From: Candidatus Babeliales bacterium
Lineage (GTDB): Bacteria; Babelota; Babeliae; Babelales; JANWKD01
Reading direction: 5' to 3'
NCBI GenBank assembly: GCA_963722255.1
Contig: CAVRJO010000001.1
Span: 800,001-864,000 of the forward strand
Length of the DNA: 64,000 nucleotides
Part shown: piece after piece, positions 40,618 to 50,242 of the stretch
Numbering within the stretch: position 1 is the first letter of the stretch
How the letters are laid out: every line of letters starts with the position of its first letter
Position numbers and translations under genes: made by a program
The notes under the pieces: generated by a model
Seen by the model: the letters and a program-made list of their open reading frames with translations, nothing else
Told to the model about the DNA's origin: nothing
Database searches by the model: none

Positions 40618-41634
40618 ATGAGTAGTATTATAATTTTGAAGCTTTTATTCTCAGTAATATTTTCATTTTTGGTCACTTTTTATTTAGTTCCCATGTTTGT
40701 TATTTTTGCTTATCGTTTGAATGTTTTGGATGTTCCCGATGGTAAAATAAAAAAACATGCTCAAGTTACCCCTTATTTGGGGGGTGCGGCAGTTTTTGTT
40801 GGGTTTTTGATGTCACTTGCACTTGTATTTCCCTTTGAAAACAAAATTTTACTTTTTATTGTTGGTTCAACCTTGTTGCTGTTTGTAGGGCTTATTGATG
40901 ATATCCTGAGGATCAAGCCATATCAAAAGTTTTTTGGACAAGCTGTTGCTGCCTTATGTTTTTTAAAAGCAGGATTCCATTTAAAAGAGCTGTTTTTTTT
41001 ATCAAATTATTGGAACATTCCCATATCATTTCTTTGGATGATGACCATTATTAATGCCTATAATTTAGTCGATGTTATGGATGGTCTTGCAACAACTCTT
41101 GCATCTTGTGCTGCATTATCATTTATTGTTGTCGCTCTTTGTTTTGGTCAGATTCATATTGCTCTCCTTTTAGGTGCTTTGTTGGGTTCCTTGCTTGCTT
41201 TTCTATGGTATAACAAACCTCCAGCAAAAATATATTTGGGAGACGCCGGGTCTTTATTTATTGGTGGTATATTGGCTACAGTACCATTCTTATTTAACTG
41301 GAGTTTGCATAATTGGTATGGATTTTTAACGCCACTCATAATTTTGGCTATTCCTTTGCTTGAAGTTTCATTTTTAATTATTATACGATTATACAAAGGA
41401 ATTCCTTTTTACCAGGGAAGCCCGGATCATTTTTGTTTATACCTGAAGGCAAATGGTTGGTCAGTCTGGGAAATTTTAATGTATGTCATGATTATGTCTA
41501 AACTCTTATTAGTTGTTTCATTGTTATTTTCTTCCGGATATATTAATCTATTTCAGTGTATTGTCTTTGCGTTTCTTTTTCTTTTTTGCTGGACAACTCT
41601 CTTGGTGCGAAAAAAAAGGGTTGCTTTTTTTTAA
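40618..41634 (+). CDS. MraY/WecA/TagO family polyprenyl-phosphate sugar-1-phosphate transferase
   Basis: GLIDD, NAYNLVDVMDGL, NKPPAKIYLGDAGS; many TM helices. Confidence 0.88.
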   Translation: MSSIIILKLLFSVIFSFLVTFYLVPMFVIFAYRLNVLDVPDGKIKKHAQVTPYLGGAAVFVGFLMSLALVFPFENKILLFIVGSTLLLFVGLIDDILRIKPYQKFFGQAVAALCFLKAGFHLKELFFLSNYWNIPISFLWMMTIINAYNLVDVMDGLATTLASCAALSFIVVALCFGQIHIALLLGALLGSLLAFLWYNKPPAKIYLGDAGSLFIGGILATVPFLFNWSLHNWYGFLTPLIILAIPLLEVSFLIIIRLYKGIPFYQGSPDHFCLYLKANGWSVWEILMYVMIMSKLLLVVSLLFSSGYINLFQCIVFAFLFLFCWTTLLVRKKRVAFF

Positions 41635-41969
41635 GTTGTAGAGCGCTTTGAGATTGTTGTTTTTTTACAAAATTCGAATTTTTGAAATATTAATATCTCA
41701 ATAGGCGGCATTAATAGGTTGTTTTTTGTTGTTGCTTTTCTTGTAATGTACCATTCGTTGTTTTTTATTTTTTTTTAATCAAAACTATAAACGCTTCATG
41801 TTTAATTTGGTATTAAACTCCATATCTGCCTTCTGTGATAGTTTGGTTTTAAGGTAATATGAGTTGAGGCACTGCTTTTTGAGAGTAATAGCTCATTAAT
41901 TACATAAATTATGTGCTACAATTCCTTCTTAGCTTATTTAGGTTTTTGAGCTATTATCTCTCTTCTTTA

Positions 41970-42857
41970 TCAAACATCCAAGAGAAGTTTTGTTTCTGCA
42001 GATACGAGATTTTTTAAAACAGCCATGTTTTTTAAATCGTCACTGAGATCTGTTGCCGATTTAGGCGTCTCAAGTATTTTAGGTATATCAAGAAATTTCT
42101 CGTCGTTCATAAGCAAGCGGAAAGCTTCAAGACCCATTGCGCCTTGACCTATATGTGCATGGCGATCTACTCGAGAGCCAAGCGCCTTAGCTGAATCGTT
42201 GCAATGAAAAGCTTTTAAACGTTGCAGTCCAATGAGATCATCAAAATGATGCCACAGAGCAGTGTACTGTTGTTGGGTGCTAAAAGCATATCCTGCAGCA
42301 AATCCATGACATGTATCAAAACAAACCCCTATTCTTTCTTGTGGCGTGACGTTATTGGCTATTGCGGCTAATTGCTCAAAGGTCGATCCTAAGCTTGAAC
42401 CTTGCCCTGCTGTATTTTCTAAAAGAATCATGGTGTTGCCTGTATCCAGTTTAAGAACCTCAGTTAGGGCTTGTCCGGCATTATCCAAACCTTCTTCAAG
42501 AGATGTGTGTGTAAAAGCGCCTGGATGAAGAACAAGGAATGGTATGCCGAGCATGTGACATCGAGTAAGTTCTTCTTTAAGCGCAAGAATCGATTTGCGT
42601 CTTAATTCTTCATCAGATGTGCCTATATTAATAAGATAACTTGCATGCGAAATTATGAGCTGGCACGATGAGTGGTTTAGGGTATTTTTAAACAATTGGG
42701 CTTGTTCAGGAGTGATTGGCTTTGAGGCCCATTGTCGACTACTTTTTGTGAAGATTTGAAGAGCTGTGCAACCGATTTCTTCGCCTTTAATGATGGCTTG
42801 TTCAAATCCGCCGGAAATTGATAAATGAGCCCCAAGTAAGAGTTTCTTTTTTGTCAT
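41970..42857 (-). CDS. nfo: Endonuclease IV (AP endonuclease)
   Basis: LGAHLSI.GG, HASYLIN, LHPG, LENTAGQG, CFDTCH, HCNDS, DRHAHIG, ILETP. Confidence 0.95.
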   Translation of the reverse strand: MTKKKLLLGAHLSISGGFEQAIIKGEEIGCTALQIFTKSSRQWASKPITPEQAQLFKNTLNHSSCQLIISHASYLINIGTSDEELRRKSILALKEELTRCHMLGIPFLVLHPGAFTHTSLEEGLDNAGQALTEVLKLDTGNTMILLENTAGQGSSLGSTFEQLAAIANNVTPQERIGVCFDTCHGFAAGYAFSTQQQYTALWHHFDDLIGLQRLKAFHCNDSAKALGSRVDRHAHIGQGAMGLEAFRLLMNDEKFLDIPKILETPKSATDLSDDLKNMAVLKNLVSAETKLLLDV

Positions 42858-43115
42858 GAATTGTTCTTCTGGCTATAATGATTAAATATCAGACTATCGA
42901 TTACAATTGATACAATATTAGTAATATTTATGCTGTTTCTCAGTATAAGGCAAATAAGCTTTATTTGACAAATTAATAAAAAGAGTTATTTTTTGCATTA
43001 TCGTTAGTTCATTAAATTCTGTCATTTTTCACAAATAAAAATAGAATTTTGAATGCGCAATGATGTGCACAATAATGTCATTCTTAAACATTTTTTCTCA
43101 AATAGGTAGGTCCTC

Positions 43116-45335
43116 ATGAAACGTAAATGGTTTGGTCGGTTTGTAGTAAGCTTATATTTAATCAGTAATGTAGGGATCTATGCGTATGAAGATGAGAAAA
43201 ATGATATCCACCTTGATGATGATATTCTACTTAATGCATCCCAGCCACTGACCAAAATTGGACGTCCTTATGATGTTTTTAATAATGATAATGCGGAATT
43301 TGATTTAGCAAACCAAGAGGCTCCGATTAATAATACGGTTGCTGAATCTTATGCTGCAATTGAAACAACTGATGAGGGTGTAGATTTTTCTTTGCAAGAT
43401 GCTAATGGTAAAAAAAATTTTACACAAGAGGCCATGAGTTTTGGATGGAAAAACCTAACCGGTAAGTTCCAAATTAAATTTAAGCCGGAGACCTTTTTTG
43501 CCCGCAATGCTAATTTGTTGAATAATGCAAATCGAGAGGATTTTGTTCAGTTCAGTAGAAGTACGCTTGATGTTAACTTTGCTCTTGATTATGGCAAAGA
43601 TTGCTATGGGTATAATGTAGTAGACTTCTTTATGACAATGCGTAACAAGTCAATTTGGGGAAATCCTGAAAGTATTGTGCGCTCAACGGTTACAAAAATT
43701 AAAACATTAGAGAGTCTAGATTCGGGCCATGCCCATTTCATTACTCGTCAGCTGCTATGGATTCGTGAATTATGGTTTAATTTTAGCGTTAACGATGCCT
43801 TAAATCTGCCTTTTAAATCAAAAATATTTTTCATGTTAGGGGCATTTCCTTTTGAGCTTGGCCGTGGTATTGCGCTTGGTTCAGCATATGCGGTTAACCC
43901 GGGAGTTCTAGGATTTTTCTCTGATAATACTATTGATCAGTATGCATTTGGGTATAAATTGAACTCTGAATTTGTGCCAAATAAGTTGAGTCTAGATTTG
44001 TATGGTGCAATTTTACAAAATAAGGGCGATAGCTTTAATGCAACGGGTGAAAAGATATATGGTCAAAAATTTCGTCACTTATTACATCCTGCTCGTGGGC
44101 CTGGTCATGTAGATTTTGTAATTGCAACTCGTTTAAAATGGTTCCCCAAAAAAACGGAATGCACTGTTATCTCGTTTGAACCCTACCTTTTATATAATAA
44201 TAATCCGGAACAAAGTATTGAATTTTTAGCTGATGCGGCATCACGTTTGGGAACAGCCGGTTTGTCAGGAGAATTTGTATATAAGAATTTTGAATGTGGC
44301 TTTGATGGTGCAAAAAACTTTGGTGAGCAGCTTGTTTGGGGTTGGGATCGCAATGTTATCGATCGTGAAAACAGAACAGGGGTATTTACCTTAGTAAACA
44401 GTCAGGTTGTTACCGCTGATCCTTCGGTAAATCCAAAAGCGCCAAAAGTTGTATTTTCGCCAAATGATGCTAATGGAAAAAACATTCAAACCATTATTGA
44501 TACTTCGGCACAAGATGCTTCTCAAAATGGTAAATTAATCGGCAATGCTATTGATCCGCAAACAGGATTGCCTATTCAGTTATTTAATAGTCTTAATAGA
44601 TTTAGAAATCAGTATCGCAACAAACTCTTAGGATGGATGTTTGTAGCTGATGCAGGCTATTGGTTTTGTGACAGAACGTTCCGTATTGCCGGTGGTGGCG
44701 GAGTTGCTTCTGGAGATGAAGATCCAAATAAAGATATTCATAATCCAAATGATAGTAATGTTGATGGGGATTTCAAAGGCTTTATTGGCTTGCAGGAAAT
44801 TTACACAGGTAATGATAGGTTGCAAAGTGTGTTTTTATTAGGTGGTGCCGGAAGAATTCCTCGTCCATTAACGACGCCATCGCAAGCATCCAACGTTTTA
44901 GTTACGTTACCAACGGTTGTTTCAGGCTTTACCAATATAGTATTTACCGGTGGTTCATTATTGTGGACGCCGAAATTTGAAAGTAAACCATTTAAGCTTC
45001 GCCCAAACATTTTGTTCTATTGGCAGCAACATGCGACCAAAAAATTTGATATTGCAACAAAAATGAGCTCAATGGAGTTTGCACGTAACTTCTTAGGCAC
45101 AGAGCTTAATACCTTCTTTGATATAAACTTGTTGCGTGAGCTTAAACTTTTTGTTGTTGGTTCTGTCTTTATTCCCGGCGGCCATTTTACCGATATTAAA
45201 GGCACACCGCTTAATAGAGATCAGCAAAAGCTACTTGACCTATTGGATCCAACGGGCGTTGATATTGACCCAATTCCATTGCTTGGTAATGATACAGCGT
45301 ATACACTTAATATTGGATTAGAGTATAGATTTTAA
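43116..45335 (+). CDS. Probable outer-membrane beta-barrel protein
   Basis: Signal peptide; amphipathic strands; ASGD..P and LGTELN reminiscent of alginate-export-type barrels; C-terminal LNIGLEYRF (BAM-type terminal Phe). Confidence 0.65.
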   Translation: MKRKWFGRFVVSLYLISNVGIYAYEDEKNDIHLDDDILLNASQPLTKIGRPYDVFNNDNAEFDLANQEAPINNTVAESYAAIETTDEGVDFSLQDANGKKNFTQEAMSFGWKNLTGKFQIKFKPETFFARNANLLNNANREDFVQFSRSTLDVNFALDYGKDCYGYNVVDFFMTMRNKSIWGNPESIVRSTVTKIKTLESLDSGHAHFITRQLLWIRELWFNFSVNDALNLPFKSKIFFMLGAFPFELGRGIALGSAYAVNPGVLGFFSDNTIDQYAFGYKLNSEFVPNKLSLDLYGAILQNKGDSFNATGEKIYGQKFRHLLHPARGPGHVDFVIATRLKWFPKKTECTVISFEPYLLYNNNPEQSIEFLADAASRLGTAGLSGEFVYKNFECGFDGAKNFGEQLVWGWDRNVIDRENRTGVFTLVNSQVVTADPSVNPKAPKVVFSPNDANGKNIQTIIDTSAQDASQNGKLIGNAIDPQTGLPIQLFNSLNRFRNQYRNKLLGWMFVADAGYWFCDRTFRIAGGGGVASGDEDPNKDIHNPNDSNVDGDFKGFIGLQEIYTGNDRLQSVFLLGGAGRIPRPLTTPSQASNVLVTLPTVVSGFTNIVFTGGSLLWTPKFESKPFKLRPNILFYWQQHATKKFDIATKMSSMEFARNFLGTELNTFFDINLLRELKLFVVGSVFIPGGHFTDIKGTPLNRDQQKLLDLLDPTGVDIDPIPLLGNDTAYTLNIGLEYRF

Positions 45336-45543
45336 CAGCTTGAATATAAAGGAATTACCCATGTTATTTGTTATTGTTTTTTTATTGCAGATGTGTTTGA
45401 GTTCATATACAGATTACCGGGAGCTATTTTATTTGGGTTTGAGTTTTGCTAAGAAATAGTTTATAGCAAACTCCGTATTTTTTTATGTAATATAAGTCAT
45501 AATGATAATGGTATAGTGTATAAAAAAATACAAGGAGTTTTTA

Positions 45544-45759
45544 ATGAATAAAATTATTTATAGTTTAGGCTTATTGTTCTGTGTGTCAGCGCTTGAGTCT
45601 ATGCAGCAAGATAAACCGATAAAAGTCTCAAATAATCCAAAAGATAATTCGGTAGTGCTTAATAAAGAAGGACAATCGCAGAGAAAAATTAACACAGAAT
45701 GTGTATGTTGTGGCAAGGACGTAGATCATGTGATGAAGCTCTATCAAGAAAATCGGTAG
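45544..45759 (+). CDS. Small secreted hypothetical protein
   Basis: AAGGAG RBS; signal ...LES|MQQ; CVCC motif. Confidence 0.6.
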   Translation: MNKIIYSLGLLFCVSALESMQQDKPIKVSNNPKDNSVVLNKEGQSQRKINTECVCCGKDVDHVMKLYQENR

Positions 45760-45767
45760 TTTTGGAA

Positions 45768-45803
45768 GGGCGATTAAATTACTACAAAGAAATCGCCCCT
45801 TTT
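45768..45803. terminator. Intrinsic terminator between convergent genes
   Basis: GGGCGATT...AATCGCCC followed by CTTTT. Confidence 0.6.
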
Positions 45804-45818
45804 AATTTTTTAAGCCTC

Positions 45819-46352
45819 TTACTTGTTAAGCTTTATGAATTCTGAAGCCGCGGGCTCGTCACCTAGTTTTTTGATAATATTTGCCACAAAGTTTACGAAT
45901 TCTTGTTTTGTTTTAAAGCCTGCTGCAGAACGTAACGTGCCTCGAATATTGACTGGAATAAAACCAATTCCTTCAATATTGAATACAGATTCTTGGTTGC
46001 TGGTAAGAAAAATAACAAAATTTTTAAATATAAGATTTTTAGGGGACTGGTTAAGGCGTTTTATTATTTGTTCAGTTGTATTTTTATCGAAAGGGTAGAG
46101 AGGTCTATTAAAAATGTCATTTAAATATCCAGCTAAATCAACTAGTTTGCTACTAATGTTCTTTTCTATCTGATATTTGCCTTCATAAACATATGTTCCT
46201 ACCTTCATATTTTTAATGTCATTAATGATCACCCCAATTTTAATTAATCTGTTTACAACAAGATTTTCAGGCGTTTCTTTTTGTCCTGCATTCACTGATG
46301 TTATAAGAAGCCCGCTTAGTATAAGGCGCATTAATTTTATAGAATTTTTCAT
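45819..46352 (-). CDS. Exported hypothetical protein
   Basis: AGGAG RBS before ATG 46352; signal ...VNA|GQK. Confidence 0.65.
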   Translation of the reverse strand: MKNSIKLMRLILSGLLITSVNAGQKETPENLVVNRLIKIGVIINDIKNMKVGTYVYEGKYQIEKNISSKLVDLAGYLNDIFNRPLYPFDKNTTEQIIKRLNQSPKNLIFKNFVIFLTSNQESVFNIEGIGFIPVNIRGTLRSAAGFKTKQEFVNFVANIIKKLGDEPAASEFIKLNK

Positions 46353-46535
46353 GTTAAAATCTCCTGTTTTATCGATTAAAATTAGTTTTTTTAAAAGTAT
46401 ATCTATATTTGAGTATAATAAATTATTATTCAAATATTCAATAATACAAACAATAACTCATTATAACTCTGGAATTATCAAACTTAAAGATGGTACAATT
46501 TTTTGACTGGTTTAAAAGCACAAGGGAACTCTTTT

Positions 46536-46895
46536 ATGAATAAAATACAAGTAATGCTCTTATTAATGATGGTGTCTTTATCAAAATGTATGGAAAATGA
46601 ATTTCGGGAAGGTAGTAGTTCTTCATCAAGCACAGAACGCACTCAAGAAGGTTATTTAAGTGAAATTTTGGGTAGCGACTTGGATACGTTGTCTTCTGAT
46701 TCTCCGTTAACATCACCACGTGAATGTGATGAAAATCCGGTTGAAAAAACCGCTTTGTTTCCAAAAAAGATAACCGATAAAAGCTCGCTTTCTGATCAAG
46801 ATACCTCATGTATTTGTTGGTTATGTTGTTGCTTATTTTGTGCGACAAGAAAGAATGAGGGGGCGCAAGCGGTCTACAAGGCCATTGAGAAGTAA
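46536..46895 (+). CDS. Secreted Ser-rich protein with cysteine-string segment
   Basis: Signal ...SKC|MEN; SSSSSS, SP/TSP sites; CICWLCCCLFC. Confidence 0.7.
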   Translation: MNKIQVMLLLMMVSLSKCMENEFREGSSSSSSTERTQEGYLSEILGSDLDTLSSDSPLTSPRECDENPVEKTALFPKKITDKSSLSDQDTSCICWLCCCLFCATRKNEGAQAVYKAIEK

Positions 46896-46985
46896 GTTTT
46901 ATGAGCACCACGTTTTAACTCTTTAAAAAGATGCTATACTAAGTAAGTAAAAAATAATTAATTGTGCTTAGTGTAGAGAGCAACC

Positions 46986-48755
46986 ATGCAAAAATTTTAT
47001 AAACGCACGACCGGGTGCGGTTTACTTGATGAGACATTTTTAGGTAAGACTGTTGATATTTCAGGATGGGTCAATTCTCGTCGTGACCATGGAGGCCTTA
47101 TTTTTGTCGATCTTCGAGATCGGAGTGGTTTTATGCAGTTGGTTTTCAATCCTGCATTTTCTGCTGAAGCGCATACACTTGCTCATTCATTACGTTCTGA
47201 ATTTGTTATATCAGTTACGGGAAAAGTGGTTGAACGTTCTCCAGAAACGATTAATACAGAAATGAAGACAGGTAATTATGAGTTAGCGGTAACCGGACTT
47301 ACTATCTTAAACAAATCAAAAACATTGCCATTTGCTCTTGATGCTGAAAATATTGATGAAGAATTGCGTCTTAAATATCGTTATATTGATTTACGCAGAC
47401 CAAGTATGCAAAATCATCTTTCATTGCGCCATTGGATTGTGTTTGCAATGCGGGCATTTTTGCATGAACAGACTTTTTACGAAATTGAAACACCCATATT
47501 AACAAAAAATACTCCTGAGGGGGCTCGAGAATTTTTAGTACCATCCAGAATAAATGAGGGTTGTTTTTATGCATTACCGCAATCACCGCAACTTTATAAA
47601 CAACTTTTAATGGCGAGCGGCTATGAACGTTATTTTCAGGTAGCCCGTTGTTTTAGAGATGAAGATTTGCGTGCTGATCGTCAGCCTGAATTTACTCAAC
47701 TTGATATTGAAATGTCATTTGTCTATGAAGATGATATAATGCGCCTTATTGAAAATCTTTTTGCGTATATTTTGAAAAATCTTTTTGGTATGGAATTGGC
47801 ACTTCCACTTCCTCGTATGACCTATGATGATGCTTTTGATGCCTACGGTTCAGATAAGCCCGATTTACGCTTTGATTTAAAGATTCATACCTTTACAGAA
47901 ATTTTCAAAGATACTGAACTTACCTTTTTGAGAAAGATTTTAGACAAAGGAGGCAAGATTGGTGGCTTATATGTCCATGGTAAAAATTTTACCCGCTCCG
48001 AGCTTGATGGACTTGTTGATTGGGCGCAAAAAACATGTAACAGTGGCCTAGTATGGATTCGTGTGGGAGAAAATAATAGCTTAGAAGCTCCCGTTGCAAA
48101 ATTTTTCCCTGCTGATTTTTTTGCTCGTTTGCAAACAGTTTGTCCAACGTTGCAAAAAGGCGATACGCTCTTTTTAATTGCCGGTGACTATGAAGATGCT
48201 TGGACGTATTTGGGTAGATTGCGTTTAGAATTGGCACGCATGCTGAATGTTATTCCTGAAGGGCAACTGCATTTTTCTTGGGTTACAGATTTTCCTTTGT
48301 TTGAATTTGAAAAAGATTCTAAGACATGGAACTCAAAACACCATCCATTTACTTCGCCTGCTGCTGGCTGGGAACAACAAGAATCTGGTCAAATGAAAGC
48401 GCGCGCCTATGATATTATTTTAAATGGGGTAGAGCTTGGTGGCGGTTCAATTAGAATTTTTGATAAAGAAACACAGCACAAAGTATTTAAATTATTGGGT
48501 CTTGATGAGCATGCTATGCAAGAAAAGTTTGGATTCTTGCTTGAAGCACAAGAATTTGGCTTTCCGCCTCATGGTGGAATTGCTTTAGGAATTGATCGTT
48601 TAATTATGTTACTTGCTAATGCACAATCGATTCGCGAAGTAATTGCATTTCCAAAAACTGCACGAGGTCATGATCCTATGATGCAATCTCCTACTGGTGT
48701 TGATGATAAGCAGCTTCGTGATTATGGTCTTAAATTGCTTCATCCTAAAAAATAG
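46986..48755 (+). CDS. aspS: Aspartate--tRNA ligase (possibly non-discriminating)
   Basis: RRDHGGLIF.DLRDRSG, TPEGAREF, LPQSPQLYKQ, RDEDLRADRQPEFTQLD, HHPFT, PPHGGIALGIDR. Confidence 0.97.
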   Translation: MQKFYKRTTGCGLLDETFLGKTVDISGWVNSRRDHGGLIFVDLRDRSGFMQLVFNPAFSAEAHTLAHSLRSEFVISVTGKVVERSPETINTEMKTGNYELAVTGLTILNKSKTLPFALDAENIDEELRLKYRYIDLRRPSMQNHLSLRHWIVFAMRAFLHEQTFYEIETPILTKNTPEGAREFLVPSRINEGCFYALPQSPQLYKQLLMASGYERYFQVARCFRDEDLRADRQPEFTQLDIEMSFVYEDDIMRLIENLFAYILKNLFGMELALPLPRMTYDDAFDAYGSDKPDLRFDLKIHTFTEIFKDTELTFLRKILDKGGKIGGLYVHGKNFTRSELDGLVDWAQKTCNSGLVWIRVGENNSLEAPVAKFFPADFFARLQTVCPTLQKGDTLFLIAGDYEDAWTYLGRLRLELARMLNVIPEGQLHFSWVTDFPLFEFEKDSKTWNSKHHPFTSPAAGWEQQESGQMKARAYDIILNGVELGGGSIRIFDKETQHKVFKLLGLDEHAMQEKFGFLLEAQEFGFPPHGGIALGIDRLIMLLANAQSIREVIAFPKTARGHDPMMQSPTGVDDKQLRDYGLKLLHPKK

Positions 48756-48764
48756 TTTAATAAG

Positions 48765-48797
48765 AAAGAGACTTGTACTTTTTATACAGGTCTCTTT
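48765..48797. terminator. Terminator hairpin after aspS
   Basis: AAAGAGACTTGTA...TACAGGTCTCTTT. Confidence 0.65.
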
Positions 48798-48808
48798 AAA
48801 AAAGATTA

Positions 48809-49303
48809 TTATAAATTAGCCTTTTTACTTTGCTTGTTTTTGCTTGCTTTTATTTCGATAAATAGTTTGTAGTTAGGATTAGGCATTGTATCTTCCCATT
48901 TATGAAGTGAAGTTTTTTTTGCCAATGATGGATACATCGTATTGAGTATTTCTATTGCTTGCTTTGCATCATTAATATTTTGAAAATAGAGTTTGCTTTT
49001 TTTAATAGTATCAAAAGAAAGCCCATGTTTGCCTAATTTCCTTATGAGCTCTTTTGCAATTTCATGAGTTTGTGTATCGGCAGTTTTAGTTAGAACGGGG
49101 AATTGTATAATTTCTATTGGTTTTTGTGTTTCAAAGAGTAGTTCATTTTTTACTCTAAAAAGCTCTTCTGCTTTTTCATATAGTTTTTCTGCAGTATTGA
49201 TTATCGTATCTTCTATTTTTTTATACATGCCAAAGTTATTGCAATAAACAAAAAATATTAGGATCAATAAGATATAGTTGTTAATTATTTTCATGAGTTT
49301 CAC
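48809..49303 (-). CDS. Secreted protein with degenerate RidA/YjgF-like C-terminal domain
   Basis: Signal ...NFG|MYK; GLSFDTIKKSKLYFQNIND...YPSL...MPNPNYKLFIEIKA matches the Rid fold pattern. Confidence 0.55.
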   Translation of the reverse strand: MKLMKIINNYILLILIFFVYCNNFGMYKKIEDTIINTAEKLYEKAEELFRVKNELLFETQKPIEIIQFPVLTKTADTQTHEIAKELIRKLGKHGLSFDTIKKSKLYFQNINDAKQAIEILNTMYPSLAKKTSLHKWEDTMPNPNYKLFIEIKASKNKQSKKANL

Positions 49304-49459
49304 CTTGTGGTACTAAATTAAATTTGATTATACTTTCTTTAATTATACCAAATTTATATATAATTATAAATAGTATTATTTTTTTAAGAGCTAAAAAAGC
49401 TCTTAGTATGTAGACAAGTGTAATTGAATGCAAAATTTTAAGGATGAATGCTGAAAAAA

Positions 49460-49873
49460 TTAACTGAAGTTAACAGATTCTGTCAATTTTTTTAATACAG
49501 CATAGTGATTATCTATTTTTGCACATAATTCCTGTGCATTTTCTTCATTGTAAACATGTGTTGTAGCATTACGAATTTCAACGATCTCTAAAAGTTGTTC
49601 TAATTCTTGTTCATTAATTATCTTATTGTTCATACAAGCTTTAAAAACTGTCTTTGATCCTGTGGTCTCTGATCCATATTTGTCAAAGAGATATGCTTTA
49701 TAAAATTTCCATAACATTTCAAAATAAAGTTCAAAATGTTTAATAACAGATGCAGTATATGCTTCTAATTCTGCTTGTGAGGTACCCGGATGTTTTTTAT
49801 AGAGCTCTAAAGCTCGCTCAAAAGCCTTTTGTGATTTTATAAGTGCTTTATATTTATATTCTACTTTTTCCAT
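49460..49873 (-). CDS. HEPN-domain toxin (HI0074-like nucleotidyltransferase substrate-binding family)
   Basis: IKHFELYFEMLWK; RNATTHVY = RX4HXY. Confidence 0.85.
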   Translation of the reverse strand: MEKVEYKYKALIKSQKAFERALELYKKHPGTSQAELEAYTASVIKHFELYFEMLWKFYKAYLFDKYGSETTGSKTVFKACMNNKIINEQELEQLLEIVEIRNATTHVYNEENAQELCAKIDNHYAVLKKLTESVNFS

Positions 49874-50154
49874 ACTATTCCATCTTTAACTATATTTTGT
49901 TGTAACTCACTGGGTATTGCGTGAAAATCAACAACGTCAGTATTCTGAATAAGATTGAGGCATTCAATCATATTTCTAATTTTTTGGAGCTCAACGATAT
50001 CTATTTTATGATCATTATCGATAGCTATATCAATATCTGACCCTAATTTATTTTCCCCGCGCGCATATGAGCCAAAAAGATATATTTTAGCATTAGGAAA
50101 AAACATACTAATTATAGCAATGATTCTGTTTTTTTGTTGTATAGAATTGTTCAC
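49861..50154 (-). CDS. Minimal nucleotidyltransferase (MNT) antitoxin
   Basis: LFGSYARGENKLGSDID = GSX10DXD; DVVD; overlaps the HEPN start. Confidence 0.88.
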   Translation of the reverse strand: MNNSIQQKNRIIAIISMFFPNAKIYLFGSYARGENKLGSDIDIAIDNDHKIDIVELQKIRNMIECLNLIQNTDVVDFHAIPSELQQNIVKDGIVWKK

Positions 50155-50242
50155 AATGTTCCTTATACTATTTTAAAGTCTTTTCATTATAGAATAAAAA
50201 CAACACATAAAACAATTTTTATGTATGGTAATACAGCTAATC

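Noticed and set aside
41634..41970. Possible decayed gene on the minus strand
   Set aside because: Multiple stops in the frames examined and no recognisable motif, so it cannot be supported.
11443..46895. Reading the Cys of the xxC|M signals as lipoprotein lipoboxes
   Set aside because: The residues before Cys (SLF, PLN, TTN, GIV, EML, LSK) do not fit L-[AS]-[GA]-C, and Cys alternates with Ala/Ser/Gly at that position, as expected for a signal peptidase I -1 residue.
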